64,000 bases of DNA, taken from contig NW_027362761.1 of the NCBI RefSeq assembly GCF_046119375.1, positions 941,222,001-941,286,000 on the forward strand. Reading direction: 5' to 3'. The notes under the pieces were generated by a model. It was not told the DNA's origin. It worked only from the letters and a program-made list of their open reading frames with translations, and did not search any database. Shown piece after piece: positions 34,601 through 48,072 of this stretch. The DNA comes from Phyllobates terribilis (taxonomy: Eukaryota). The translations under genes were made by a program, and so were the position numbers. Position 1 is the first letter of the stretch. Each line of letters opens with the position of its first letter.

Positions 34601-34907
34601 TTTACCTCCCCCTCCAGTGGTTGTCAATGGTAACTTGGAGTTCCAGGTATCGAGGGTCATTGATTCACGCTTTAATCGCCGGTCCCTTCAGTACCTGGTT
34701 CATTGGAAGGGGTATGGTCCTGAGGAGAGGATGTGGGTTCCTGCGTCGGATATTAACGCAGACCGATTAGTTCGGGCCTTCCACACGACTCACCCGGATA
34801 AACCTGGCCCTGAGGGTCCGGAGGCCCCTCGTAGAAGGGGGGGTACTGTCACGGGTGTGTTGCCACGAAGATCGTCACGAGTACACAGCCTGACTTCTCG
34901 CAGCTGA
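31551..34907 (+). CDS. Pol (PR-RT-RH-INT-chromodomain), in -1 frame relative to gag; integrase has an in-frame deletion
   Basis: LLDSGA protease, YLDD RT, TDHKNL RNase H, integrase and QYLVHWKGYGPEERMW chromodomain. The annotated 31560 start is a TTG, so a -1 frameshift at 31551-31557 is the more likely entry. Confidence 0.9.
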   Translation, partial: GKLLIPGCVVDGNLGVGISSLGSSQFLVPAKVVVGTRTERISVLLDSGAGANLVDARFARVQGMRLSELAKPIPIFSIDARPLGQGSFLQVVHDVKLQVGAIHKELLSCYVLEGLPTPIVLGLPWLAKHNPVINWQTREISQWSKFCNKNCMNTVIGAVTPWVLPPFLADFEDVFSEKGCQELPPHRVYDCSVKLLPEAKLPKARLYNLSGPERQAMKDYISESLAKGHIRPSSSPVAAGFFFVKKKDGGLRPCLDFRELNRITVRDPYPLPLIPDLFNQIVGAKWFSKLDLRGAYNLIRMKEGDEWKTAFNTPEGHYENLVMPFGLTNAPAVFQHFVNDIFRRLVGQFVVIYLDDILIYSPDLVSHQEHVRQVLQILRDNKLYAKWEKCVFVVQELQFLGFLVSASGFRMDPGKVRAVLEWDRPENLKALQRFLGFANYYRKFIRNFSSMVKPLTDMTKKGTDFSRWSDKACQAFSSLKKCFASAPILIQPDASQPFIVEVDASEVGVGAVLSQGSSPGKWHPCAFFSKKLSSAERNYDVGNRELLAIKLAFEEWRHFLEGAVHPVTVITDHKNLLYLESAKRLNPRQARWSLFFTRFNFVVTYRPGSKNVKADALSRSFPGAGNTDDPIPILQEGVVVSAVCSELEEEVLEAQGDAPVGPPGRLFVPDQLQQKVIEAHHNSVFAGHPGSKATVDLLSRRFWWPNLHKEVVTFVASCGVCARSKTSHTRPSGALLPLKIPERPWTHLSMDFITDLPPSSGKTVILVVVDRFSKMAHFIALPSLPNAKTLAQVFIGEIVRLHGVPSEVVSDRGSQFVSKFWKAFCARRGMQLSFSSAFHPQTNGQTYLRCFVSENQEDWASFLPLAEFALNNRRSESTGKSPFFGAYGFHPQFCTFSGGGSSGVPEEERFSSSLASVWRGVLKNLNTMGNRYKRMADRRRVSGPDLSVNDRVWLSTRNIKLKVPSWKLGPRFIGPYRISSIINPVAFRLDLPPTFKIHNVFHRSLLKRYVAPVVPSLLPPPPVVVNGNLEFQVSRVIDSRFNRRSLQYLVHWKGYGPEERMWVPASDINADRLVRAFHTTHPDKPGPEGPEAPRRRGGTVTGVLPRRSSRVHSLTSRS

Positions 34908-35477
34908 CTTGTTGGTGCTTTGTGTTTCTCGGCAGTGAGGGAGTTAATTCTCTCTCTCTCTCTGGGCTAGATGAGGTCCAGCCTCGCCCAGCTGCAATCA
35001 ATACTTCTGTAGTGAGACTCCTTCATATACCTGCTGGTCTGTTTGGGAGGTGTCGGTGAAAGCATTTCATTCAGACTGACAGAGCGGATCGTGGTGTTTG
35101 GAGTTGCTGAGATAAGTGTATTTGGAAGTGTTTTTTCCCTTTCCTCGCTTTATCATTTATCTCCTTTCCCGTTGGTTTTCCCTCTGTTGTAGTTGAGTAG
35201 TTGTTTGTATGCAAGGTGGTTTTGGTTTTTCCCTTGTACTGTCTCGTTCGTCCAATTACTGTGTTTGGGCATATTATTTCTTGTTCCCTTTGGTTGTGAT
35301 CGGGGTCCTTCTCAGGACTAGATTACTGAGGTGCAGGGATCTTCAGGAGGTAGGGGTTACGCTGGCGGCCTGGACCTCTGTACCTTTAACAGTACCTCCA
35401 GGTTGAGGGATTAGTCAGGGCCCCAGCTTAGGGTCAGCGTAGGCCCCCTACCTCCAGTATACAGAGACAGCGTGACA
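34847..35477 (+). repeat. 3' LTR of element 2
   Basis: Follows the PPT plus TAC. Near-identical to 30058-30688. Confidence 0.96.
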
Positions 35478-38433
35478 GCACTGCACCCAGTCCATGCAAG
35501 CTTCCGTGAGTGTACAACACGAGAGGCTGTGATAAATCAGCGTAATCCAGAATTGGGGCATCCGTTAGCGCCATTTTCTATGCTCGGAATGCCTCTTCTT
35601 GTCGTGGGCCCCACTGAATGGGCTGCCGCTTTGCTCCCCCAGACATTGCTCTCAGTACTCATGGAGCGGGACTGCAATCTTAGCGAAGTCTTTTATGAAT
35701 CTGCGGTAGTATTCAGCAAGCCCGAGGAATGCCCTCAATTCTCTTAGGTTGGCAGGTGTGGGCCACTTCTGCACTGCAGCTACTTTCTCCTCAGTGGGAT
35801 GGACTTCCACACTAGACACAGTGTGCCCCAGATATTCAATTTCCCACTTGAAGAGATGACACTTACGAGGCTTGATTTTTAGTCCATGTCTCTGAAGTCA
35901 TTCTAACACTTGCTCCATTCAGTGGAGATGATCTTCAAACGTAGCGGAATAGATAATTATATCGTCAAGATATATTAAAGTGGCTTCGAAGTTGAGGCTC
36001 CCCAAGCATCTCTCCATCAGTCTTTGGAAGGTCCCTGGTGCATTTGTTAGACCGAACGGCATCCGGGTTGAACTCAAACAAGCCCATAGGAAGGACAAAA
36101 ACTGTCTTCGGACGATCCTTCTCAGATACTGGGACCTGCCAGTAGCCACTTGCCAGGTTGAGAGAAGAGAAGAACTTGGTGCTTCCTAGTGCAGATAGAG
36201 ACTCTTCAATTCGGGGTAGTGGATAGGAGTCCCGCACTGTACATGCATTCAGCTTCTGATAGTCTACACAAAACCCCAGGGTACCATCCTTCTTCCGAAC
36301 CAGCATGATAGGGGCAACCCAAGGACTCTGACTTTTGCGGATCACGCCATTCCGCAACATGTGGGTCAACAGTTCTTTCACCTCCTGGTACATTTGAGGT
36401 GAGATCTGTCAATATCTCTCTTGAAAGGGAGCAGTATTTCCTGTGGGTATTTCATGCCGAATGTCCCGAGTGCACCTTAAATCATCTTCATGGTGTGCAA
36501 ATACTCCCTGATACCGCTGTAGAAGTTGTTTGCTCTGTCTGACCTGCCCTGCAGAAAACTCAGTAAGGTTAGCCTCCATTTGCTCTAAGAGGTGGCGCCC
36601 AGCCAACGGTTCTCTTCCATTCTCTTGGCTGTTGAGGGACACCTCTGGGGTCCATGGTTCTCCTTCCACAGGTGCCAGCCATATAGCGTCAGCTCTGTTA
36701 AGATCCTCTGGCATTATGCAAACTAGCACCACCTCTTGTCGGGGCAACAACTGCAAACTTGTGCCAATTAGATTGATGCAATGCACAGGCACCTGGCCCT
36801 GCCACACGTTTGCCAGGGTGCGAGCAACCAGAAGTCCGGAGGGTGCTTCCTCTCCCTATATTGGTTCAATCTGAATGTCCACACCCTCTAAGGACACACG
36901 TGCCTGTACCGGTAAAGTGAGTACAGTCTGTCCCACTGGCAGTGTCACTGTGGCTTCAGGCGGTATCGATACCTTACCAAGATACTGAGAGGTAGTGGGC
37001 AATTTTTGAATTTTGCTGACTCGCATGAGATGCTGGAATACTCTCTTGCTGGCTGGGTCACGATTGGCGCGGGTCCAGTTGTTTTTGTCAGAGCCCTCAG
37101 CCAGGAACTGTCCGACCTCCTTCAGCACATTCATGCCCAGGGTTACGATGGGCCCGTCGCCTCCAGGCCCTGTGGTCAGTACGATCCCTTTCGGACTGAG
37201 GTCTTTTGCGCATGCCCGAACAGACATCCATACTACCCCAGCTACTGGGATAGGTAGTTGATTAGCCGCCACCAGTTTGACAGTGGGTTCCCTCCAGGAA
37301 CGAACAACTTCAGGAAACTTACTTTGGAAATACGTCTCAGGCATAGTGGTCACCTGAGACCCGGTGTCCATTAGACAACGAACCCGCTGCCCATTAAATT
37401 TAGCCCAGATGATGAGCCTCTCAGAGACAATGTCTTCAGAGCTCCCTCTTCCACTCTCCGAAGTTTGAAACCCCACGGTATGCTCCACAACCGTGGGGTG
37501 CCTTAGTTTAACGGCTGCCCCCATCTCCTCCTTTCTCGGTTCGGACAGTCTTTGGATATATGCCCCCTACCGCCGCAGTTCCACCACTCCGGCCCTCGCT
37601 CCACCGATAGGCCAGGTACATGACGTGTTGGAGCTTGCTATGAACGTCTCTCGCTCTGGCCTCCGTCCACGTGGGGTGGTGCGGTCCATCGGCAAGGGGG
37701 CAGAAGGGATATTCCTAATAGTGCTCAGCTCACCTCAAATATCTTGAATTTCCTGACATATCTTCCGTGCCCATTTGGGCTCTTTTATGGGTGAATTCAG
37801 GAATAGTTACTTCATGGCTTCTGACTGTGGCCTTGAAAACAGGAACTTCTTATTCCAGGACTCTAGCTTCAGCCCCAACCTCCAGAAAGCCCAGATCTGG
37901 ACTCAAAAGCAGCCGCTCCTTTAAGATCTGCCTCAGGGAAGGGTCCTTCAAGCCAGCAATCAGTTAATCATGCAACACTTCATCCAATAGTCCCAGTCCT
38001 CGGTTCTCATCTCGAGCCTTCTTAACTATATGGGCCGCCACTTCCTGTAATGCATTAACATATTGGTTCATGGTCTCATTTTTCCCTTGGACCTGCTGAA
38101 ATAACCACAGGCGCAAGTGCCCCAGATCCGTGGAGTCACCATGCATGTCCTCCAGAATTTTTATCACTTTGTCTATGGTGTCACGGTCCCCAGGTGGGAG
38201 GTACATCACAGTTTGCCGGGTCTCTCCATCAAGGGTTAGGAGGGCCAGCTCCGCCTGGGATAGGGAATTAAAGGGATACATGCATAGCACACTTCTCAGT
38301 CTTTCTACCCAGTCCCACAGTGACATGACATCCCCATGAACTTGGGAAGGTGGCTGAGCATAGCCCCAAGGGAATGTGTCCCCTGTCGGCCCCAGTCACA
38401 GACTGATCCGCCATCTCTGCATCTGAATGTTGC

Positions 38434-38451
38434 ATCCTGCCGACTACGCCA
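38434..38451 (-). promoter_or_regulatory. tRNA-Ser primer-binding site of element 3 (TGGCGTAGTCGGCAGGAT on minus strand)
   Basis: The plus strand reads ATCCTGCCGACTACGCCA, matching the 3' end plus CCA of vertebrate tRNA-Ser as I recall it. It lies 2 nt from the LTR edge TGTAATG at 38454. Confidence 0.85.
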
Positions 38452-38539
38452 AATGTAATGCAGGTGTCAGAATGCAACACACAGAGACACAAGGCGAGGA
38501 CAGTCAGGGATGGATATAAACAGTTTATATATAGATATA

Positions 38540-38542
<3 letters not shown>

Positions 38543-38594
<52 letters not shown>
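38543..38594. repeat. (TA)26 microsatellite left of Tc1
   Basis: Pure TA run. Confidence 0.95.

Positions 38595-40230
<1,636 letters not shown>

Positions 40231-40288
<58 letters not shown>
40231..40288. repeat. (TA)29 microsatellite right of Tc1
   Basis: Pure TA run. Confidence 0.95.
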
Positions 40289-40289
<1 letters not shown>

Positions 40290-41164
40290 CAGGTGTTCTA
40301 AACAAGGGAATAGTAACAGGGATAACAAACGGTAATTTGAAGTAATAATGCAAAGTTTCTCAGGGTAGTGTGATGCACCCAATTGTGGGAGTCACCACGG
40401 TAGTTCTTAAACTCAGTATATGACCCTAGCGGGGGTCACCAGTTATTCCCACTAGGCCTTAAGTCTTTTCCGGACAAAGTCAATAAAATCAAGTTTAGCT
40501 TCTCCCGCCCAAACCGGTCTCCTCCCAACCTGAGATCCTAAACCCAGCTGCCCCTGGTACCGTAGGTGAACAGTGGAAATAACGGCCCTGTTCACTTGTG
40601 CAGCTCCTCTTCTTCCACTGGCGTGACTCTCCTAGTGCAGCCTTCTCCCAGCTCCTCTCTGCTGGGCCGTTGGAGGCAGTCTATCAAGCCTTGGGTAGTG
40701 GGATCCAGACCTCGTCTGTTGGCAGGCGACGTCGGGTCCTGCAAACTCACTCAGCATGGCAAACAGGTCCCGACTCTACGCAGCAGGCGCAGCACTTGAG
40801 TCACCTCTGTGGGGAATCCAGAGTTCATCCACCGGTGTCCGGCTGTTATGTGTCGCAGTGCTCTGGCTCACGCCTGCCACGCTGGTGTTCTCAGCATATC
40901 TGAAGTGCGTCTGCACCTCTCTACAACTTGGCTCCATTCCCGCCTCAGGCTTGGCGCGCTGCACTTTTATATTCTGGAAATCCTTCCTGGAAGACATCTG
41001 ACAGGGTCCAGCGTCTAAATTTGCTCCCCCTTCAACTTTCTTAACACATCTTGGTTTCATTGGATTGTGTCTGAACAACAGATGGCAATCTCTGCTCATC
41101 TTTGACACATCCTCCAAGAATTCTTCTGAAGGCTTTTTTTCTTCTACTACACACCCACTCACAA

Positions 41165-44100
41165 GTCGCAATAGTAAACTGCCAGATTTCTGGGCAGCTG
41201 CTTGCGCTTGAAATGTGGCTTTTTAGGCTCGTGGAGGCGGGAGCTTTTCACAACCTCATGGCGAGGACAACTGACCATGCTCTCCTCCTCATCCTCCTCC
41301 TCTTCCTCATTGTCACCCAATCCACGTTGGGATGAGATGAGGCTGGGCTGTGTGTAATCACCCTGTATGGTTCCTTGCTCCATCTCATCATGCTCCGCCT
41401 GAAAATGCATCCTCTTTAATTTAGAGCAGAGAGCGTTTAAGAAGACAGAGAAGCGGGATGGTGACACTAATTATGGCGTCATCGCCGCTCACCATCTTGG
41501 TGGAGTCCTCAAAGTTTTAGAGGATGGTACAGATGTCTGACATCCATGTCCACTCCTGAGGTTTTATTTGTGGAGTCTGTTGGTACTCAACAACTACCCT
41601 CTTCTGCTTACAAATCTTTCCCAACATCTGCAGTGTAGAGTTCCAATGCATGGGGACATGGCAGATTATTCGGTGAACTGAAAGCTCCAAACGCTGCTGA
41701 AGCATGGCAAAGGCTGTAGCTGACTCTCTAAAATGGGCACATAGGCGGCGTACTTTGACAAGCTGATCCAGCAGAAATAGTGACGGCTGGGGACCAAGTA
41801 CCAAGGGACGGCCGCCGCCATCAGGTTGCGGAAAGCTTCCATCTATACGAGCCTAAAAGGCAACATTTCGAGCACAAGCATTTGTGAAATGTGTGGATTT
41901 AGTAGTGTGGCCTGTGGGGCGTTGGCTGCGTATTTGCACTTGCGTTCCAAGGACTGGGGTAGGGACAACTGAACACTGCGTTGGGACAAGGACGTGCTTG
42001 CTGATGGTGCTACTTGAGAGTGTGCAACGACACCTGTGGGGCGGGAGGCATCTTGGCAAGCGCCATGTACAGGGGATTGGCATGCACACACAATAGCGGA
42101 AGAAGCAGTGGTGTCACCCGCAGACACTGTTGCAGGACTCTTTGGTTCAGACCACTTTGTTAGGTGCTTTTTTGCCATAGGCCTGATCATGCTGGTGGTG
42201 CTCAGGCTGTTAGTTTTGCTACCCCAGCTGATGCTGGCCTGGCTTGTGGCGCAAATGGCCTTTTTGGGGTTATCTGCAGAGTCTTTAAAAAATAACCAGA
42301 CTTAGGAAGACCTAGCAGTTTTACTGGCAACTTCCGTCGTGTTGGTGTTATGGGGAATGCTTTCCCGCTTTGTGTCTGTGGCCACCACACTGCTTCTTCC
42401 TGCCTGTTGGGGTGCTATGCCTCCCTCCCCCTGTGTGCTGCTGTCCTCTCTATGTGTTTCCCCCTGCTAGGTTGGATCAGTTACTATATCATCCACCACC
42501 TCGTCTTCCACTTCCGCACCCTGGCCCTCCTCCTGACTTTATGGAATTTGAGTCTCATCATCATCATCCACAGTTTCCCACTGTAACCTTCATGTAAATG
42601 TGGCTGCTCCAAAATTTTGGCATCGCTACTTGCGATCTCCTCTTGACTCGCTTGAAGCTGGCCAGGCGAGAGGCCCTAATCTACAAACAGCTCTTCTGAG
42701 TGTCCAAGTGTGGGATCAGTTGTCTCCGGTCACTCAGCATGGTAGGAGGAAGGAGGATCAGGGTGAGGAATATGGGGTCCAGACACACGGCTACTGAGAC
42801 TTGACCGCGTGGAAGACAGGATGGAGGTGGTGGTGGCCACGTGACTGAAAGCATTATCTGCTATCCAACCAATAATCTTTTCACACTGCTCTGTGTTCAA
42901 TAATGGTGCTCTGCGGTCCCCTAGTAATTGGGACAGGAAGGTCGAGCGACTAGATGTGGGTGTTTTGTTGTGGCACAATTTCACCTTGCCCAAGCCCACG
43001 TCCTCGGCCTCTGCAGGCACCATCACCATCACGTCCCCTTCCTTGTCCCTTCCCCGCACCTTGCCCATTTTAAATGGAGGTCAATATTTTCCATGTTCAC
43101 TATAAATGGCTGATTTTGGAATGCAGTTATATGTGATATACAGTACAGACCAAAAGTTTGGACACACCTTCTCATTTAAAGATTTTTATGTATTTTCATG
43201 ACTATGAAAATTGTACATTCACACTGAAGGCATCAAAACTGTGAATTAACACATGTGGAATTATATACTTAACAAAAAAGTGTGAAACAACTGAAAATAT
43301 GCCTTATATTCTAAGTTCTTCAAAGTAGCCACCGTTTGCTTTGATGACTGCTTTGCACAATCTTGGCATTCTCTTGATGAGCTTCAAGAGGCAGTCACCG
43401 GAAATGGTTTTCACTTCACCGGTGTGCCCTGTCAGGTTTAATAAGTGGGATATCTTGCCTTATAAATTGGGTTGGGACCATCAGTTGTGCTGTGCTGAAG
43501 TCAGGTGGATACACAGCTGATAGTCCTACTGAATAGACTGTTAGAATTTGTATTATGGCAAGCTAAGTAAAGAAAAACGAGTGGCCATCATTACTTTAAA
43601 AAATGAAGGTCAGTCAGTCCGAAAAATTGGGCAAACTTTGAAAGTGTCCCCAAGTGCAGTTGCAAAAACCATCAAGCGCTACAGAGAAACTGGCTCACAT
43701 GAGGACCGCCCCAGGAAAGGAAGACCAAGAGTCACCTCTGCTTCTGAGGATAAGTTTATCCAAGAATATTATTCTACACGGAAACCTATTGTGAATAGCT
43801 TCACCAACACACTGCAATGGAATGAAAATGGAAGAAATGTATCATTTTTGAACAGTCTTTTAGGTGATATGTCTGACAGAGAACCACAGCTTTAAAATGT
43901 AGGCCTGTAATTTACTAATATCATTCTACACGGAGACCTAGTGTGAATAGCTTCACCGACACACTGCAACAGAATGGAAAAGTAGGCCAATATTTTCAAG
44001 GTTCAGTTCAAATTTTTTTATCGCTGAAATATGGAACAGATCTGGATTTATTCTGCAGTGAGCAGAAAAATGGTGTACTCTGGATTGCTTTTTAAGCAAC

Positions 44101-44694
44101 TAACAAGGATTAAGATAAAAAAAAATTTCCCCTGACCCCTGATATCTGGGGCTATGTCTAAAAATATCTGTAATTATTACAGCAGCAGCAGACAGGACAA
44201 TCAATGGACCCTCTCGTACTGTATTATACACTGCAGGCTGCCACATACACTGCCTGCCTGCTTAGCACTGATTATATGCAGCTGGATTAGTCCTCAGAAG
44301 GACTGTTAGTTCAGATGGACATATAGATATATGTTGAGGAATACCTATACTAACTATGAACAAGCAAATTACTCCCTGACGCAGCAGCAGCTCTCCCTAC
44401 TCTGCCTGTTTCCGGTGTAGACTGTGATGAGCATGGCGGCACCCAGTCTTATATAGACCTGATGATACTGTGCAGCCAGCTAATCACTGTAATGCACACA
44501 ACCAACATGGCTACGGCATTACAGTGCATGGCAGGCAATCCCTGCGTGTTCATTGGCTTTCTAAAGAGCGCCAAACATGCAGGGACAGGACCCGAGTTCC
44601 CACCCAAGCAACCCAGAAATACTCGCCGAGCTCGTCGAGCACAGTGATGCTCGGGCAAGTACCGAGCAGTGGTGAGCGCATTCGCTCAACACTA
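41165..44694 (-). mobile_element. Degenerate hAT transposon, copy 2 (same family as copy 1)
   Basis: Colinear with 25980-29200 apart from an internal deletion. Subterminal repeats are present and the terminus ..CGCTCAACACTA is at 44694. It lacks the transposase C-terminus. Confidence 0.85.
43141..43765 (+). mobile_element. Tc1 5' fragment inserted in hAT copy 2
   Basis: TA-CAGTACAGACCAAAAGTTTGGACACACC terminus and an N-terminal transposase (LSKEKRVAIITLKNEG..RPRKGRPRVTS), then hAT sequence resumes abruptly. Confidence 0.85.
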
Positions 44695-44772
44695 GTTATC
44701 ATTCATATTCTCTGAAACAAGGCCAAGAAAGGAAAAATTCTGCCATGGTATGTAAACTTTTGAGCACAACTG
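44695..44772. mobile_element. Tc1 terminal fragment
   Basis: ..GGTATGTAAACTTTTGAGCACAACTG-TA resembles a Tc1 terminal repeat. Confidence 0.55.
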
Positions 44773-46486
44773 TATACCGACCAATGAAATCTAACGCCCC
44801 CCACATGACCTGACCTTCTAACCCCACCCTACTCTTCCTTGCTTCTTCATGGCTATGTGCAAATCCTGAGTTTAACCCTTTTTTACCTCCCCAATTTCAA
44901 ACTCCTGTCATGTCCGGACTTCCACTTGCTGAGTCCATTCCAGCCCTATCTGGATTGTGTGAGGACAAACGGAAGTTGTTTGAGAAAATGTAAAATCGCA
45001 ATCTGCCTTTTCTTGTGCAAGTCCAGATGTATATGACTACTTACTTTCTCCTGATGACCTCCTTAAAAAAAAGAATTGTCTGTCAGTAAGGCGTAGAAAT
45101 AGCATAATTAGTATTACAGTATTTAGTGTAAACTGGGATATTCATTTCTGTAATAATAGTTGTAATAATGTAGACACTTAAAAAGAAGAGGACAATTCTA
45201 TTCACTTACAGAGCAGAAACTACCAGCAGATTATCATCATTGACGAACTATCTTATTTTCCTCAAGAGGATAATTGTTAAGTCCATTATTTTTCTTTCAG
45301 GGCTAGTACATGTGAAGAAGACACCCATGTACATCCTCCATATTTCAGAAACACTGAAGTAAGCTAAATTCAAAACTTGCTTTCCACCTTAAGAGTAAAT
45401 TTAATACAATATTTTATGAAGTGACTTAGGAGTCATGTAGGTTAAGACAAGCCTGGCAATACTGGTTCATTTAAGCCATTTGTGATACTGTTCCTCAGCC
45501 TAGGAAAACACCTCAGGTAACCTCCAACATATCGTTTTCATCAAGCACTTCTGTTTCCTTGAAGCTGACAGGCCTCCCGGACATCCCCATCTTAGAGTTT
45601 CATTATTACTACAAGCCTGATTGACAGCAAGTCAGTAGATACAGCTTCAATGATTGTCACCAGTGACAATATGTCAGCCCTTCTCCCCATAGATTTGCAT
45701 GTGATTGATTTGGCAAAATAATAATTATTTCTTTTTTAACCAAAAGCCATCTTAGTATTGTATCGTTACAAAATGAAATGAAAAGAAAAAAGATAATGCA
45801 AAAGGAGAATAATTTCTCCAGGAAACACCATTAGGATTGTTCATTGTTTGCCCCCATTTGCTATATCAATCGTATTAAATACTATAAAACAAGAAGTATA
45901 ACAAAAAAGGTATTACTTTCTTAAACTCAACATTACATTGTATTAACTGTGGCTAAGAAGGGAATCAATATCTTTTTTGTTAAGAGAAGTATATTTGCGC
46001 TAAATAAAATGGATGGACCACCAATCATAAATGAAATAAAACACTATATTCAGTCTTGCACAAATATATCTAAAAATAATAGCTAAATTCTTTGTTCATA
46101 CAGTTTCCCTCTGGGTTAATTACTAGGGTGGTGATGATGTCAAGACCATATATTGTCAATTAGAAGCCTTGTAAATGTAGAGTAGATCTAATACAACATA
46201 GCTGAATAAATGGTAAAGTGTGAAGTGGTAAATTAGTCAATTTGCATATTCATTCACATGCACTGCTGAATGTCAAGTACCTAATGATCCAGGGTGAGTC
46301 CTGTTAATCTGAATGTAGAGTCCCTTGTTTTCAGTGTCTCTTGAGTGCCACCCCGGATGGCAGTTCTTGCTCAAAGGGGAGGTGTCTCCAGGAGCTTGAT
46401 GGTGTACAGGGGTGAGTGTCCTCACTGATAGAGCCTCGCGTGATGACACATTGCTGATATGGATCACAGGATGGAACAGGCATATT

Positions 46487-46526
46487 TCCTACATGTTTCA
46501 GAAAAGTTGGTTTCCTTCTTCAGGGA
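46487..46526 (-). ncRNA. Minimal type I hammerhead ribozyme motif
   Basis: The minus strand reads TCC-CTGAAGA-AGGAAA(CCAAC)TTTTCT-GAAA-CATG-TA-GGA. It has the core, a 6-bp stem II, a palindromic stem III and a 3-bp stem I. Confidence 0.7.
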
Positions 46527-46875
46527 TGGTCCAGATAGGTGGATATAACTCTTTTATAGCTTTGTCAGTTGTCAACCCCTGCATGTACTTGAGCCCCCAT
46601 ATTAGCTAATGAAATGCAAAGAGCTCAATTTTGCTGTTCAGCCCCTTGAGTTTCAAAGTGTCCAATTAAAAAATCCATTGGCTTTCTACCCGAGACATCT
46701 GTTTGATATAATCCCCCCCTCACCAGCTCTCTTAAACTTTCTGTATACCCCATACTTGTGTGCCATTAATAGAACCTCCGTGCTTATATTCCATGAACTA
46801 ATATGGGAGCTCAAGTACATGCAGGTGTTGCCAACTGACAGAGCTATAAAAGAGATAAATCCACCTATCTGGTTA

Positions 46876-46913
46876 CCCTGAGGAAGGAAACTGACATTTC
46901 CGAAACGCGTAGA
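46876..46913 (+). ncRNA. Minimal type I hammerhead ribozyme motif
   Basis: CTGAGGA (46878-46884), A-GGAAA(CTGACA)TTTCC, GAAA (46902-46905), CGCG, TA. Stem I is reduced to about 1 bp. Confidence 0.6.
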
Positions 46914-47259
46914 AAAAAGAACAAAATTTGTATGCATTCAGTATGAGTGCCCCAAGCAAAAATGAACACAATTACATACCTTAGCATGCTATCAGTGAGG
47001 TTATTAATGGTCATCTGATGACTTTTCTACCAAGCTGAATGCTCTTGGTCATGCTAATCATCAAGATCCACTGCAGGCAGCTACCTTTGCAATTGCTGAC
47101 CAATAATATTTTTGATGTGCTTTATGGGAGACAAGTCTGGAGATGCTATAGGCCATGGTAGCACATTTAGTACACAAAGACAGCTCAAAGTAAAACATAG
47201 CAACATGCGGCTTGGAGTTGTCATAGTGAAAAATGGTTCCTCGAATACTTTGAAGAAAT

Positions 47260-48072
47260 GATCATACCACTAGTTCCACAAGCAAATCAAAGTAATACGG
47301 AGCTGCTAGTGTATCTGAAATAAAAACTAGAGAGGTCCGGCTACAGTACATTATGCCAGCCAATACCATAATCCTGGAAGTAAGACTGCTGAGATGTCCC
47401 CTTGTGAAGGACTCTTTATGGCATTGCCCACATGGCTTCCAAACCAATATTTAGCTATCATAAGTTCAAAGCAGAAACAGAACTCATCGCTGAGAAGGAT
47501 ATGTCTACATTCCAGCTGTCTTTCTCTTCCACGAGATAGCTTTAAGAGTGGTGGCGCAATATCAATGGAAAAGTTGTAGTTCATGTCTGGCTCGTAGCCC
47601 AACGTTGTACAAATGCTTTCTGATAGATTGCATAGACACTGTTTTACGTCTGAGGCATGGTATGCAATGTCCAATGTCAAATTGTCCCAGGAGCTGTTTT
47701 TTAAAATTGACAAATACAGACCAAACGTTTCTTTTCCTACCATGGCCTGCAACGTCTCCGGAATTGTCTTCTATCAAATACATCTAGGACGACATTAGTC
47801 AGCAATTTCAAAGGGAGCCATTTGCAACGGATCTTGCTTATTTATATTCCTAAGTGCATTCCTTGTGGTTGGACATTCCTAAGAAAACCATTAATAATCT
47901 AACTGATATCATGGCAAGCTTCTCATAATTTATGCTCAATAAATCAAAATGTTTTCAAAGTTTTGTTTATTTTTTTCATCATATGTATAAAATAACATAT
48001 CTATCTATCCTGTGATTTCCATGATTCCATGACTCTTCCTTCTTGGTGTAGCTATTCCAGTGTTGAGGAGTG
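47260..48072 (-). mobile_element. Degenerate, rearranged Tc1-like element
   Basis: Transposase-like fragments (RKTVSMQSIRKHLYNVGLRAR; VLAGIMYCSRTSLVFI) and a terminal repeat ..GCTATTCCAGTGTTGAGGAGTG-TA. Confidence 0.6.

Larger units (their letters stand above)
30058..35477 (+). mobile_element. Full-length chromodomain Ty3/Gypsy LTR retrotransposon (Tf1/sushi-type), element 2
   Basis: Two 631-bp LTRs with 2 differences, termini TGTCACG..CGTGACA, perfect 5-bp TSD GCACT (30053-30057 and 35478-35482), PPT AGAAGGGGGGG at 34833-34843. Confidence 0.97.
46265..46915 (-). mobile_element. 5'-truncated Penelope-like element with inverted pseudo-LTR
   Basis: The minus strand of about 46606-46720 reads GDYIKQMSRVESQWIF*LDTLKLKGLNSKIELFAFH*, matching the E..WI..L.TL.P.GLN C-terminus of PLE GIY-YIG endonucleases. 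It is flanked by about 130-bp inverted arms, 46487-46615 and 46787-46915. Confidence 0.8.

Noticed and set aside
38434-38451. tRNA-Ser gene
   Set aside because: Only the 3' 18 nt including encoded CCA match, next to an LTR edge. This is a primer-binding site, not a gene.
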